Positions 1 to 10,551 of a stretch of 64,000 nucleotides of DNA are shown here, piece by piece. Both the position numbers and the translations under genes were made by a program. Origin of the DNA: an uncultured Arcobacteraceae bacterium (lineage in GTDB: Bacteria > Campylobacterota > Campylobacteria > Campylobacterales > Arcobacteraceae); assembly GCA_964022095.1 (NCBI GenBank), contig CAXHZO010000011.1:14481-78480 (forward strand), in the 5' to 3' direction. The notes beneath the pieces were generated by a model that saw only the letters and a list, made by a program, of their open reading frames with translations, had not been told where the DNA came from and did no database searches. The first letter of the stretch is position 1. Every line of letters begins with the position of its first letter.

Positions 1-552
1 TCTACAACAACAGTAAGAAATGTTGGTTCAACTGAAGCTCACCCTTATGTATCAATTGCATCTGGTATTTCTGCATTATGGGGATCTGCTCATGGTGGTG
101 CAAATGAAAAAGTTATGGATCAATTAACATTAATTGGTGATGTTAAAAATGTACCTACATACATCGCAAAAGCAAAAGATAGAAATGACCCATTTAGATT
201 AATGGGATTCGGTCACAGAGTTTATAAAAACAGAGATCCAAGAGCTGAAACTTTAAAAGGTTTACAAGATAAATTAAGAGAAGAGTTAAACTTAGACTCT
301 AAATTATTAGATGTTGCTGCTGCTGTTGAAGAAGCTGCGTTAAATGATGATTACTTTAAAGAAAGAGGTTTATATCCAAATATCGACTTCTATTCAGGAG
401 TAATTTTAACTGCACTTAAAATCCCAACTGCAATGTTTACACCATTATTTGTAATTGGTAGAACACCAGGTTGGTTAGCACAATGGTCAGAGTTAAAACA
501 AGATCCTAAGCATAAAATTGCTAGACCAAGACAATTATATACTGGAAACTAA
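1..552 (+). CDS. gltA: Citrate synthase, 3' part (runs in from the window edge)
   Basis: Frame 1 is open from base 1 ([10 protein letters not shown]...[13 protein letters not shown]), with GFGHRVYK and YPNIDFYSG citrate synthase motifs. Confidence 0.95.
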   Translation, partial: STTTVRNVGSTEAHPYVSIASGISALWGSAHGGANEKVMDQLTLIGDVKNVPTYIAKAKDRNDPFRLMGFGHRVYKNRDPRAETLKGLQDKLREELNLDSKLLDVAAAVEEAALNDDYFKERGLYPNIDFYSGVILTALKIPTAMFTPLFVIGRTPGWLAQWSELKQDPKHKIARPRQLYTGN

Positions 553-584
553 TAAAAATAAAAGCCATTAAAAGGGGTTAAAAA

Positions 585-2021
585 ATGAGTGAAATGATTG
601 AATTCACAGTCAATGGAATGAAAATGGAAGCTACTAAAGGTAGTTTACTTATAGATAAATTACTGGATGAAAATATCCATATTCCTCATTTTTGTTATCA
701 TCAAGCATTGGGAAAAGATGGAAACTGTCGTATGTGTATGGTTGAAATTGAAGGTCAAAAAAGACCTCAAATTGCTTGTGATACTCCTGTAAAAGATGGG
801 ATGATTGTAAGAACAAAAGGTGAAAATATTGAAAAAGTTAGAAAAGATATTTTAGAGCTTGAACTTATAAATCATCCTATAGATTGTCCTACTTGTGATC
901 AAGCAGGAGAATGTAAGTTACAAGATTACTACATGGAATCTGGGTTTTATGAATCTAGAGTAAATGTAGATGATAAAGTTACTCATAGAAAAAGAGTTGA
1001 TATTGGATCTAATGTTATGTTAGACCAAGAAAGATGTGTACTTTGTACTAGATGTGTAAGATTTTGTAATGATATTACAAAAACATCAGAACTAGGTGTA
1101 ATAACTAGAAGTGACCACTCATATATTGGAATTTTTCCAGGGAAACCACTAGCAAACCCATATGCCATGAATGTTGTTGATATTTGTCCAGTTGGAGCAT
1201 TAACATCAAAAGATTTCAGATTCAAACAAAGAGTTTGGTTCTTAGAAACTTTTAACGCAATATGTAATGGATGTTCAAAGGGTTGTAATATATATGTTGA
1301 CCACAGAAAAGAAAAATACAAAGATGATCAAATTCATAGATTCAGACCAAGAGTTAATAAAGAAGTTAATGGTTGGTTTATGTGTGATGAGGGAAGACTT
1401 TCATATCACAATGAAAATGAAAATAGATTTGAAACTCCAATTTTAGAAAATAGTGAAACAAATATTAGTAATGCTATTTCTAACGTATTTAAACAGTTAA
1501 GCACTAATGAAAAAATACTATTTGTATTAAGTCCAAATCTTTCTTATGAAGAGATGTCAAATGTTAAAAACTTGGCATCTAAATTAAATGCAAATGTATC
1601 AGGATATTCACCAAATACCTATGATGAAAACTTTGGTGATGATTATTTAAGAAAAGCAGATAGAACTGCTAATAGAGCATCATTTAAAGAATTAGATATA
1701 GATGAATCAAAAGATTCTTTTGATAAAGCTCTAGAAGAAGCACAATTAGTTATTATTTTAGAAAACTCTGTATTTGAAGAAAATAAAAACTTATTACAGA
1801 ACAAAAAAGTAATCTCTATGTTTGCACATAATTGTATGACTATATCTTACTCCAATATTGCAATTCCAGTTGCTTCATTTTATGAAAAATCTGGAACATA
1901 CATCAATGGTGATGGAATTAAACAAAAAATGATTTCAGGAATGAATAAAAATAATCCAATGGAAACAGTAACAACAATTATAGAGAATATCCAAACTATG
2001 ATTGAAAAAGGAGCTCTATGA
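585..2021 (+). CDS. nuoG: NADH-quinone oxidoreductase subunit G-like protein (short form)
   Basis: HFCYH...GNCRMC 2Fe-2S motif, HPIDCPTCDQAGEC, CVLCTRC, CNGCSKGC; lies just upstream of nuoH. Confidence 0.85.
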   Translation: MSEMIEFTVNGMKMEATKGSLLIDKLLDENIHIPHFCYHQALGKDGNCRMCMVEIEGQKRPQIACDTPVKDGMIVRTKGENIEKVRKDILELELINHPIDCPTCDQAGECKLQDYYMESGFYESRVNVDDKVTHRKRVDIGSNVMLDQERCVLCTRCVRFCNDITKTSELGVITRSDHSYIGIFPGKPLANPYAMNVVDICPVGALTSKDFRFKQRVWFLETFNAICNGCSKGCNIYVDHRKEKYKDDQIHRFRPRVNKEVNGWFMCDEGRLSYHNENENRFETPILENSETNISNAISNVFKQLSTNEKILFVLSPNLSYEEMSNVKNLASKLNANVSGYSPNTYDENFGDDYLRKADRTANRASFKELDIDESKDSFDKALEEAQLVIILENSVFEENKNLLQNKKVISMFAHNCMTISYSNIAIPVASFYEKSGTYINGDGIKQKMISGMNKNNPMETVTTIIENIQTMIEKGAL

Positions 2022-3301
2022 GTACTTCAACATTAGTAATTGTAATTATAAATATCTCTATTGCATCATTACTTGCAGTTGGTTTAACACCACTTTTTGT
2101 ATGGTGGGAAAGAAGAGTATCAGGATTTATGCAAGATAGAACTGGTCCTAATAGATGTAATATTGGGCCATTTAGACTTGGTGGACTGATCCAAAGTTTT
2201 GCAGATATGCTAAAACTTATATTTAAAGAGGATTTTGTTCCTGCTCATATTAAATACAGATTTTTCTTCTCTATAGCTCCTGTAATTGTATTTGTGTGTT
2301 CTTTTTTATCTTTTGCAACTATACCTTTTGCAGATGTATTAGTAATAGATGGTAAAGAGCATATCATGCAAGCAATTCCAAGTCAATTAGGAATTATGTG
2401 GTTTTTAGCATTTGCGGGACTTTCTGTTTATGGAATAATACTAGGTGGTTATGCATCAGCTAATAAATATGGACTTTTAGGTTCAATAAGAGCAAGTGCT
2501 CAAGTTATTTCATATGAAGCTGCAATGGGGCTATCAATTATTTCAGTGTTAATTTCATATGGCTCTATTCACTTAACAGATATGGTAAATGCACAAACAG
2601 GAACTTATCTTGGAGTAATTCCTATGTGGGGGATATTTATTCAACCACTTGCCGCAATTATATTTATAATATGTGCATTTGCAGAAACAAATAGAGCGCC
2701 ATTTGACATAGCAGAAGGTGAATCTGAAATTGTTGCAGGTTATCATACTGAATACTCAGCAATGAAGTTTGGTCTTTTCCAAGTTGGTGAATATGCTGCA
2801 ATGAGTGCTTCAAGTGCAATAATTGTAACACTATTTTTTGGTGGATATCAAATTCCTTGGCTAGATACACAAGCTATTCAAAGTAATATTAATTATGTGA
2901 TAATTGCTATTATGATCTTACTTCCTTTAAAAGTATTTTTCTTTACAAAATGGATGAAAAAGAATAATGTTACAAAAGGATTAGGAGATGGTAGTAGGGA
3001 AAAAGAGACTAAAATCCTAACTTTTATATTTTGGGGCCTAGCAATTGGAATTGTTGCATTATTAGCAATATTCTTAGCAACTGGTCTTGGAACAAATGGT
3101 GTAAATATAGCAACAGCAATTATTCAAGTAGGAACATTTTTAGTTAAATTCTTTTTAATAGCATTTGTTTACATTTGGGTAAGATGGACTGTTCTTAGAG
3201 TTAGATACGATCAATTACAAATGTTTGGTTGGAAAGTGTTAATACCATTAGCACTTTTAAATATAGCGATAACTGCAATAGTTGTAGTATTAGGGAGCTA
3301 A
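2018..3301 (+). CDS. nuoH: NADH-quinone oxidoreductase subunit H
   Basis: ERRVSGFMQDRTGPN, AETNRAPFD, RYDQL motifs. Confidence 0.95.
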   Translation: MSTSTLVIVIINISIASLLAVGLTPLFVWWERRVSGFMQDRTGPNRCNIGPFRLGGLIQSFADMLKLIFKEDFVPAHIKYRFFFSIAPVIVFVCSFLSFATIPFADVLVIDGKEHIMQAIPSQLGIMWFLAFAGLSVYGIILGGYASANKYGLLGSIRASAQVISYEAAMGLSIISVLISYGSIHLTDMVNAQTGTYLGVIPMWGIFIQPLAAIIFIICAFAETNRAPFDIAEGESEIVAGYHTEYSAMKFGLFQVGEYAAMSASSAIIVTLFFGGYQIPWLDTQAIQSNINYVIIAIMILLPLKVFFFTKWMKKNNVTKGLGDGSREKETKILTFIFWGLAIGIVALLAIFLATGLGTNGVNIATAIIQVGTFLVKFFLIAFVYIWVRWTVLRVRYDQLQMFGWKVLIPLALLNIAITAIVVVLGS

Positions 3302-3302
3302 G

Positions 3303-3809
3303 ATGGGAATAAAAGTAGTAAAAAGACACGGTGATTCTTTTAGAGATAAATTATACCTTCCTGCAATTGCAAGTGGTATGACAACAACTATAAAACACTT
3401 TGTAAAAAACCTTAGAGATGTAAATAATCTAAAAACCATGCAATATCCAGAAGTGCAACCTGATGATTTAAATGAAAGATACAGAGGCGTGCATAGACTT
3501 ACTAAGTGGGAAGATGAAAGTGAAAAATGTGTTGCATGTTATATGTGTGCAACAGCTTGTCCTGCTGAGTGTATATTTATTGATGCTGAAGAAAGATTTG
3601 ATGATAAAGCTGAAAAAAGACCAAAAGAGTTTAAAATCGATTTATTAGAGTGTGTGTTTTGTGGATATTGTGTTGAAGCATGTCCATGTGATGCCATTAG
3701 AATGGATACAGGGATTTTTTCATTTACAGGTGATAAAAGAGAAGATTTTGTTCTTGATAAAAAAGCATTAATGGCAAATGAAAGATCAAAGGATTTAAAT
3801 AATGATTGA
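3303..3809 (+). CDS. nuoI: NADH-quinone oxidoreductase subunit I
   Basis: Two CxxCxxCxxxCP 4Fe-4S motifs; operon position. Confidence 0.95.
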   Translation: MGIKVVKRHGDSFRDKLYLPAIASGMTTTIKHFVKNLRDVNNLKTMQYPEVQPDDLNERYRGVHRLTKWEDESEKCVACYMCATACPAECIFIDAEERFDDKAEKRPKEFKIDLLECVFCGYCVEACPCDAIRMDTGIFSFTGDKREDFVLDKKALMANERSKDLNND

Positions 3810-4335
3810 TTTAATTTTTATAGCTTTATCATTTTTAGCAATTAGTGGTGCAATTGCAATGATAGTATATGCAAATCCAATGTATAGTGCACTAGGAGTT
3901 TTAATATCAATGCTAAGTGTTGCAGGGATGTTTGCACTTTTAAATGCCATATTCTTATTTTTAGTTCAAATTATTGTTTATGCAGGTGCAATTATGACAT
4001 TAATTTTATTTATATTAATGTTCTTAAATATTAGAGAAGAAGATTTACCAAAAGAGCCAAAAAAATTTAAGCTAATTGCACTTGGTGCGGTGATTATGAT
4101 TCCTTTAAATATTTTAATTTTGAAAGCTGTTTCAAAACTGCCTGAAAAAGATATGAGTATAGTTGAAGGAGGTTTTGGAGATATAAAACCTATTGGAGAT
4201 CAGTTATATAATGACTGGATAATTGCATTTGAGTTAATCTCAATTTTACTTTTAGTAGCACTTATTGGTTCAGTTGTTTTAGCTAAAAAAAGAACTTCAA
4301 AAATTAATTCTAAAAATGCAGGAGGACAATCATGA
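3802..4335 (+). CDS. nuoJ: NADH-quinone oxidoreductase subunit J
   Basis: QIIVYAGAIM and FELISILLL motifs. Confidence 0.95.
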   Translation: MIDLIFIALSFLAISGAIAMIVYANPMYSALGVLISMLSVAGMFALLNAIFLFLVQIIVYAGAIMTLILFILMFLNIREEDLPKEPKKFKLIALGAVIMIPLNILILKAVSKLPEKDMSIVEGGFGDIKPIGDQLYNDWIIAFELISILLLVALIGSVVLAKKRTSKINSKNAGGQS

Positions 4336-4646
4336 TTTCACTTGAGTCTTATGCATTTGTTTCTATGATGCTTTTTTCTATTGGAGCTATTGGTGTAATT
4401 GCAAGAAGAAATGTCTTTGTAATTTATATGTCTATTGAAATGATGTTAAATGGAGTGAACCTATTTTTAGTAACTTTTGCTAGATATCATTTTAATATGG
4501 ATCCTCAAGTAATTACAGTTATGGTAATTGCAATTGCTGCTGCTGAAGCTGCTATTTTTTTATCAGTAATAATTCTTTTATATAGAAGTAGAAAATCACT
4601 AGATACAGATATCTTTACAACTTTAACACAAGGAGAAAAATCATGA
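4332..4646 (+). CDS. nuoK: NADH-quinone oxidoreductase subunit K
   Basis: SIEMMLN and AAAEAA motifs, three TM segments. Confidence 0.95.
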   Translation: MISLESYAFVSMMLFSIGAIGVIARRNVFVIYMSIEMMLNGVNLFLVTFARYHFNMDPQVITVMVIAIAAAEAAIFLSVIILLYRSRKSLDTDIFTTLTQGEKS

Positions 4647-6532
4647 TAGATACTTCTTTGTTAGTTTGGATCATATTAGCACCACTTATGGGTGCAATTT
4701 TAAATGCTGCTTTTTACTTTTATCATATTAAAAGAAAACCTGTTAGTGAATTAACTTTTGCACTTATTGGATGTATTACTCCACTTATTGCATTTTTATT
4801 TACATTGGCAGTTTTTCTAAATATAAATGAAACAGGTAGTACTTATACTCAGCACCTATTTACTTGGCTTAGTGTTGATAAGCTTGATATTGGAATGACT
4901 TTACTTGGAGATAACCTATCAATATTTATGTCTATGTTTGTAACATTTGTTGGTTGGTTAATTCATATTTATGCAATTGGATATATGAGAGGAGATGCAG
5001 GATTTGGTAAATTTTTTGCATATTTCAATCTGTTCTTAGCATCAATGTTAATTTTAGTACTTGCAGATAATCCAATTATTTTATTTATTGGATGGGAAGG
5101 TGTTGGAGTTTGTTCATACCTTTTAATTAAATTCTATTATGGGAATAAAGATAATGTATTAGCTGCAAATAAAGCATTTATTGTTAATAGAGTTGGAGAT
5201 TTTGGCTTCTTACTTGGTGTTGTTGTACTTTTCTTTGCATTAGGAGAAGTTAACTTATCATTTGGGAATATTGAAGCAAATATAGGAAATGCATCTAATT
5301 CACTTTTACTAGTAGCTGGATTTTTACTATTTGTAGGAGCTATGGGTAAATCAGCTCAAATACCTTTATATGTGTGGCTTCCAGATGCAATGGCAGGACC
5401 TACTCCAATTTCAGCTTTAATTCATGCTGCAACTATGGTTACAGCAGGTATTTATATGGTTGCAAGATTTCACTTTTTATATAGTGGAATTGAAGAAATC
5501 GGATTATTTATAGCTTATATTGGTGCATTTTCAGCCCTATTTGCAGCTATTATTGCCACAAGACAAACTGACATTAAAAAAATACTTGCTTACTCTACAA
5601 TGAGTCAGTTAGGATATATGTTCCTTGCTGTCGGGCTTGGTTTTTATTCAACTGGACTATTCCATGTATTTACACATGCATTTTTCAAGGCAATGTTATT
5701 TATGGGTGCAGGTGGAATTATAATTGCCTTACATCATGAGCAAAATATATTTAAAATAGCTCAACACAGAGCAAATCTTCCTATTATAGGAACTACATTT
5801 TTAATAGGGGTTATTGCAATATCAGGTATTCCTCCATTTTCTGGCTTCTTTTCAAAAGATGCAATTTTAGCAGCAGCTTTCCAAGAAGGTGAATATTTAT
5901 TGTATGCAATAGCATTATTTACAGCATTTTTAACAGCATTTTATATGTTTAGAATGTATTTTATTGTTTTTGTTGCACCAACTAAGAGTAATAGCTCATA
6001 TGTTTATACTTCAAAAACGATTACAATTCCTCTTTTATTACTAGCGATTGGTGCAGTATTTGCAGGTTTTTTAAATCTTCCAGCAATATTTGGAGGAGAT
6101 CATTTAGTTGATACATGGTTAGGTCAACTTAATTCTAAACATATCCATATGGATCATACAACTGAGTTTGTATTAATGGCACTATCAGTTATTGTTGCTG
6201 CTACTGGAATTATGGCTGCATATTCTAAGTATGCAAAATTTGATGTTAGCAAGCCTGAAGAAGAGATTGGCTTTATTGGTAAAAAATTCTACGTGGATGA
6301 AATTTATGATTCACTGTTTGTACAACCATTAAAAGCTATATCAACATTTATAGACAAAATAGTAGATGATAAAATCATTGATGCATTTATTATGAACTCA
6401 TCAGCTATGTTTATCAATATAGGTAAAAAAGTTTCAATGATTCAAAATGCAAATGTAAGATTTTATGCAGGAACAATGCTTGTTGGTATGACTTGCATAT
6501 TTATCTATTTATATATCAAATTAGGATTGTAG
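4643..6532 (+). CDS. nuoL: NADH-quinone oxidoreductase subunit L
   Basis: GKSAQIPLYVWLPDAMAGPTPISALIHAATMV motif. Confidence 0.97.
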   Translation: MIDTSLLVWIILAPLMGAILNAAFYFYHIKRKPVSELTFALIGCITPLIAFLFTLAVFLNINETGSTYTQHLFTWLSVDKLDIGMTLLGDNLSIFMSMFVTFVGWLIHIYAIGYMRGDAGFGKFFAYFNLFLASMLILVLADNPIILFIGWEGVGVCSYLLIKFYYGNKDNVLAANKAFIVNRVGDFGFLLGVVVLFFALGEVNLSFGNIEANIGNASNSLLLVAGFLLFVGAMGKSAQIPLYVWLPDAMAGPTPISALIHAATMVTAGIYMVARFHFLYSGIEEIGLFIAYIGAFSALFAAIIATRQTDIKKILAYSTMSQLGYMFLAVGLGFYSTGLFHVFTHAFFKAMLFMGAGGIIIALHHEQNIFKIAQHRANLPIIGTTFLIGVIAISGIPPFSGFFSKDAILAAAFQEGEYLLYAIALFTAFLTAFYMFRMYFIVFVAPTKSNSSYVYTSKTITIPLLLLAIGAVFAGFLNLPAIFGGDHLVDTWLGQLNSKHIHMDHTTEFVLMALSVIVAATGIMAAYSKYAKFDVSKPEEEIGFIGKKFYVDEIYDSLFVQPLKAISTFIDKIVDDKIIDAFIMNSSAMFINIGKKVSMIQNANVRFYAGTMLVGMTCIFIYLYIKLGL

Positions 6533-6533
6533 T

Positions 6534-8021
6534 ATGAGTGCAGATATTCTTTCATTTATCATATTTTTACCAGCAGTTGTAGCATTTGGATTAATGCTTA
6601 CAACTAGGGATGTTAATACTATTAGAAATATTGCATTTTTAAGTACAACAGTTATCTTAGCACTAGTATTAAAAATCTATATTGAGTTTGAACCAAGTGC
6701 AGGAATGCAGTTTGTTACAAATGTAGCATGGATTGAAACATATGGGATTCATTACTATATCGGACTTGATGGTTTTTCTTTAACAATCTTAGTAATGATT
6801 GCTATACTTATTCCTACAGCATACTTACTGCTATGGGAAGGAAAAACTAAAGGATATTGGATAAATATGCTTTTAGTTCAAAGTGGTGTTACAGGAACTT
6901 TATTATCACTTGATGTGGTACTTTTTTACTTCTTTTGGGAAGTTATGCTTTTACCAGTATTTTTGATGATTGGTCAGTATGGATTTGGTAATAAAGTATT
7001 TACAACTATAAAAGTAACTGTTTATACAATGGTTGGATCACTACTTATGTTTATAGCCATTTTATATCTTGGAGTTGCTTACCATAATGAGTTTGGACAA
7101 TGGTCTTTTGCATATGATCAATTAACAAAAATCACAACTTTAGAATATGATACAAAAGTTTGGTTGTTCTTAGCATTTTTAGCAGCATTTGCAATTAAAA
7201 TTCCTATTTTTCCATTGCACACTTGGATTATGGAAACATATAAAAATGCCCCTACTGGTGCAGTTTTTTTACTATCTTCAATTATGGCAAAACTTGGTGT
7301 TTATGCAATTGTTAGATTTATGATTCCAATTTTTCCAGATATTTATGTTGAATTTTCATCTTGGTTTGTAGCTATAGGATTATTTGGTTTAATCTACTTT
7401 GGAATTGCAGCAATTATGCAAGATGATATTAAAAGAATGTTTGCATACTCTTCAGCATCACATTTAAGTTTCATCTCTGCTGGTATTTTTTCGCTAAATG
7501 AATATGGAATTAATGGAGCATTATATTTAATCATAGCACATGCTATAGCAACTGGTGCATTATTTTTACTTGTTGGATTAATTCATGAACAAACTGGATT
7601 TAAAACAATTAAAGATTTAGGCGGAATTGCTAAAAAAGCTCCTATATTAACTTTTATATTTGCAATTATGTTATTTGCAAATGTTGGATTGCCAGGAACG
7701 AATGGTTTTGTATCAGAACTTTTAATCATTTTTGGTATTTTTGAATTTAATGCAGCACTTGGTTATGTATCTGCACTTACTGTTATTATTGGAGCTTCAT
7801 ATATGCTATGGATGTTTCAAAGAGCAATACTTCAAGATAGACCAGAAGGTTCTACGCAACTTGTAATGAGAGACTTAAAAATCAAAGAAATCATTGGTTT
7901 AGCTCCATGGGTTATCTTAGTATTTGTAATGGGATTTTATCCAGAAATATTTATGAATAAATTTGAGCCAACTGTAACTCACTACTTAAATGATATCTTA
8001 CATATTGGAGCAGCAAAATGA
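6534..8021 (+). CDS. nuoM: NADH-quinone oxidoreductase subunit M
   Basis: [14 protein letters not shown] and [11 protein letters not shown] motifs. Confidence 0.96.
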   Translation: MSADILSFIIFLPAVVAFGLMLTTRDVNTIRNIAFLSTTVILALVLKIYIEFEPSAGMQFVTNVAWIETYGIHYYIGLDGFSLTILVMIAILIPTAYLLLWEGKTKGYWINMLLVQSGVTGTLLSLDVVLFYFFWEVMLLPVFLMIGQYGFGNKVFTTIKVTVYTMVGSLLMFIAILYLGVAYHNEFGQWSFAYDQLTKITTLEYDTKVWLFLAFLAAFAIKIPIFPLHTWIMETYKNAPTGAVFLLSSIMAKLGVYAIVRFMIPIFPDIYVEFSSWFVAIGLFGLIYFGIAAIMQDDIKRMFAYSSASHLSFISAGIFSLNEYGINGALYLIIAHAIATGALFLLVGLIHEQTGFKTIKDLGGIAKKAPILTFIFAIMLFANVGLPGTNGFVSELLIIFGIFEFNAALGYVSALTVIIGASYMLWMFQRAILQDRPEGSTQLVMRDLKIKEIIGLAPWVILVFVMGFYPEIFMNKFEPTVTHYLNDILHIGAAK

Positions 8022-9538
8022 GTCAATTCTTCTATTTAGTACCAGCACTATCAATTTTAATTGGTGCATTGACACTTATGTTCATGAGTATGTATGAAAA
8101 GTTTAGTGTTAAAAACTTTATTACTGTATCTTGTGTATTTTTATTTATTGCACTTGGATTTTCATTAATAGAAGTATCTAATTTATACTCTATTCAGCCA
8201 TATAGTAAATTTATAAATGATGTTTTAATATTTGATACATTTTCAAATTTCTTTAATGTACTTTTAATTGGTGGTACAATTTTAACTCTACTAATTGGTG
8301 AGCATTATTTCCAACATAGAAGTTACTTCAAAGGTGAGTTCTTTAGTATTTTACTATTTGCACTTTTTGGAATGATGATGTTAGCTCATGCTAATGAATT
8401 AGTAACTGCTTATATTGCATTAGAAGTTGCTTCTTTTTCTGTTTATATTATGGTTGGATATAACTCTAATGATTCAAAAAGAGTTGAAGCAATTTTCAAG
8501 TATTTAGTTTTAGGTTCATTTATTGGAGCATTTTACTTATTAGGTGTAGTTTTAGTTTATGGAGCAACTGCAACAACAAACTTAACTGAAATTGGGGCAT
8601 TTATTACAAGTCATGGAAGTGAAGATTTAATTTTAGTTTATATTGGATTAACTCTAATTTTATTCACATTCCTTTTCAAAGTTGCAGCATTTCCATTCCA
8701 ATCATGGGTACTTGATGTTTACAGAGGTGCGCCTATGGTTATCACTGCTTATATGGCATCAACATTTAAAATTGCAATCTTTTCATTCTTCTTAAGAGCA
8801 ATACTACAAGATATTGCTCCTATTATTGATTTTTGGGATACTATAATTTCAGTGATTATTGTATTAACTTTAGTATTTGGTACTTGGTTAGCAATTACTC
8901 AACAAATCATTAAAAGAATGCTAGCAGCATCTTCTATAGTTCATACAGGATATTTATTATTAGCATTTATTGCACTTAGTTATAAAGATGGTGAAGTATT
9001 AAATATAGATTCTGCATATGCAATTATGTTTTATTTAATTGCATATTTATTATCAGCACTTGGTTCATTTGGACTTGCATCACATATTATTTCTGAAACA
9101 AATGTAAGAGTTACATATGATGACTTTAAAGGTTTAGCAAAAGAGAGACCTTTTTTAGCAGCAATGATGACAATATTCTTATTCTCACTTGCAGGAATTC
9201 CATCAACTATAGGTTTTATTGGTAAATTTTATGTATTCACTGAAGCAATAAACGCTGGATATACAGCACTTACAGTTTTAGCCGTATTTGCAACAATTAT
9301 CTCAGTTTATTACTACTTTAAACTAATTGCAATGATGTATTTTTATCCAACAAAACAAGAGTGTATCTCAGAAGAGTTTAATGATAAAAGAGTTTCAACT
9401 TATGCAATAGCATTTGTTGCAATTTTAACTGTATTAGGTGGAATTGGTTCAGCAATTGTATTCTTTATTCCTGGACTTACTATTGACACACTAATTAATT
9501 TATCACAAACTGCTGTACAGTCACTATTTATCAAATAG
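8018..9538 (+). CDS. nuoN: NADH-quinone oxidoreductase subunit N
   Basis: [11 protein letters not shown] and [14 protein letters not shown] motifs. Confidence 0.96.
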   Translation: MSQFFYLVPALSILIGALTLMFMSMYEKFSVKNFITVSCVFLFIALGFSLIEVSNLYSIQPYSKFINDVLIFDTFSNFFNVLLIGGTILTLLIGEHYFQHRSYFKGEFFSILLFALFGMMMLAHANELVTAYIALEVASFSVYIMVGYNSNDSKRVEAIFKYLVLGSFIGAFYLLGVVLVYGATATTNLTEIGAFITSHGSEDLILVYIGLTLILFTFLFKVAAFPFQSWVLDVYRGAPMVITAYMASTFKIAIFSFFLRAILQDIAPIIDFWDTIISVIIVLTLVFGTWLAITQQIIKRMLAASSIVHTGYLLLAFIALSYKDGEVLNIDSAYAIMFYLIAYLLSALGSFGLASHIISETNVRVTYDDFKGLAKERPFLAAMMTIFLFSLAGIPSTIGFIGKFYVFTEAINAGYTALTVLAVFATIISVYYYFKLIAMMYFYPTKQECISEEFNDKRVSTYAIAFVAILTVLGGIGSAIVFFIPGLTIDTLINLSQTAVQSLFIK

Positions 9539-9545
9539 TGACTGT
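9517..9545 (+). terminator. Hairpin at the end of the nuo operon
   Basis: ACAGTCACTATTT-ATC-AAATAGTGACTGT, 13-bp perfect stem overlapping the nuoN stop. Confidence 0.65.
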
Positions 9546-9750
9546 GTTATTTTGTAACATAAGCCACATAATTAATTTATATAATTAATCTAAATTTTAT
9601 TTATACCAAATCCCTATAAAATCGAACTTCCTATCAATTATTTTATCTAAACGTGTTAATTTATCATTAACTTTCTAAACATATGTGAAGACGGTATTAG
9701 CTATTATATTGCTATTATTCAAAATCTAAAATCGTAGGAAAGGATAGACA

Positions 9751-10551
9751 ATGAGTGACCTAATAGAAGGTTATTTAGGTAAAACTGTTGAGGGAAGAAA
9801 GAGCAGATTACCTGCAAAACTTGATTATATTCAAAGTTTTACTGGAGGTTTTTTAGCTTTATTTATGTGGGCGCATATGTTATTAGTTGCATCGATTCTT
9901 GTATCAAAAGATTTCATGTACACTGTAACAAAGTTATTAGAGGGAAGTTTTATATTTGAAGGTGGTAATCCAATACTAGTTACGATAGCTGCAGCATTTA
10001 TTTTTGTTGTATTTATTGTTCATGCTGCAATGGGTATGAGAAAGTTACCTGGTAACTTTAAACAGTATCAAGTAATGAGAGCACATGCAAAAAATATGAA
10101 ACATGATGATACAAAATTATGGTTTACTCAAGCATTTACTGGGTTTGCAATGTTCTTCTTAGGTTCTATACACTTATACATTATCATGACTAACTCTGCT
10201 GATATTGGTCCTTATGCATCTGCAGATAGAGTTTGGTCTGAGTGGATGTGGCCATTATATATTTTACTTTTATTAGCTGTTGAATTCCATGGAACAATTG
10301 GTCTTTATAGATTATGTGTTAAATGGGGATGGTTTGATGGTGAAAACCCAAGAGAAACTAGAAAAGCTCTTAAAAAAGTGAAATGGGGATTAACTGTTTT
10401 CTTCTTAGTATTAGGATTTGCTTCATTAGCAGCATATATGAAAATTGGTATGGATCAAGTTAACAACGGAAACGTTGGTAACAAATATCAACCTACTGCT
10501 AAAGTAATGGAGTACAAAATGATAAATAAAAATGTTGGAGGAATTGCATAA
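9751..10551 (+). CDS. frdC: Fumarate reductase cytochrome b subunit
   Basis: Wolinella/Campylobacter-type FrdC (KSRLPAKLD...FMWAHM, His-containing TM helices); upstream of frdA. Confidence 0.95.
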   Translation: MSDLIEGYLGKTVEGRKSRLPAKLDYIQSFTGGFLALFMWAHMLLVASILVSKDFMYTVTKLLEGSFIFEGGNPILVTIAAAFIFVVFIVHAAMGMRKLPGNFKQYQVMRAHAKNMKHDDTKLWFTQAFTGFAMFFLGSIHLYIIMTNSADIGPYASADRVWSEWMWPLYILLLLAVEFHGTIGLYRLCVKWGWFDGENPRETRKALKKVKWGLTVFFLVLGFASLAAYMKIGMDQVNNGNVGNKYQPTAKVMEYKMINKNVGGIA

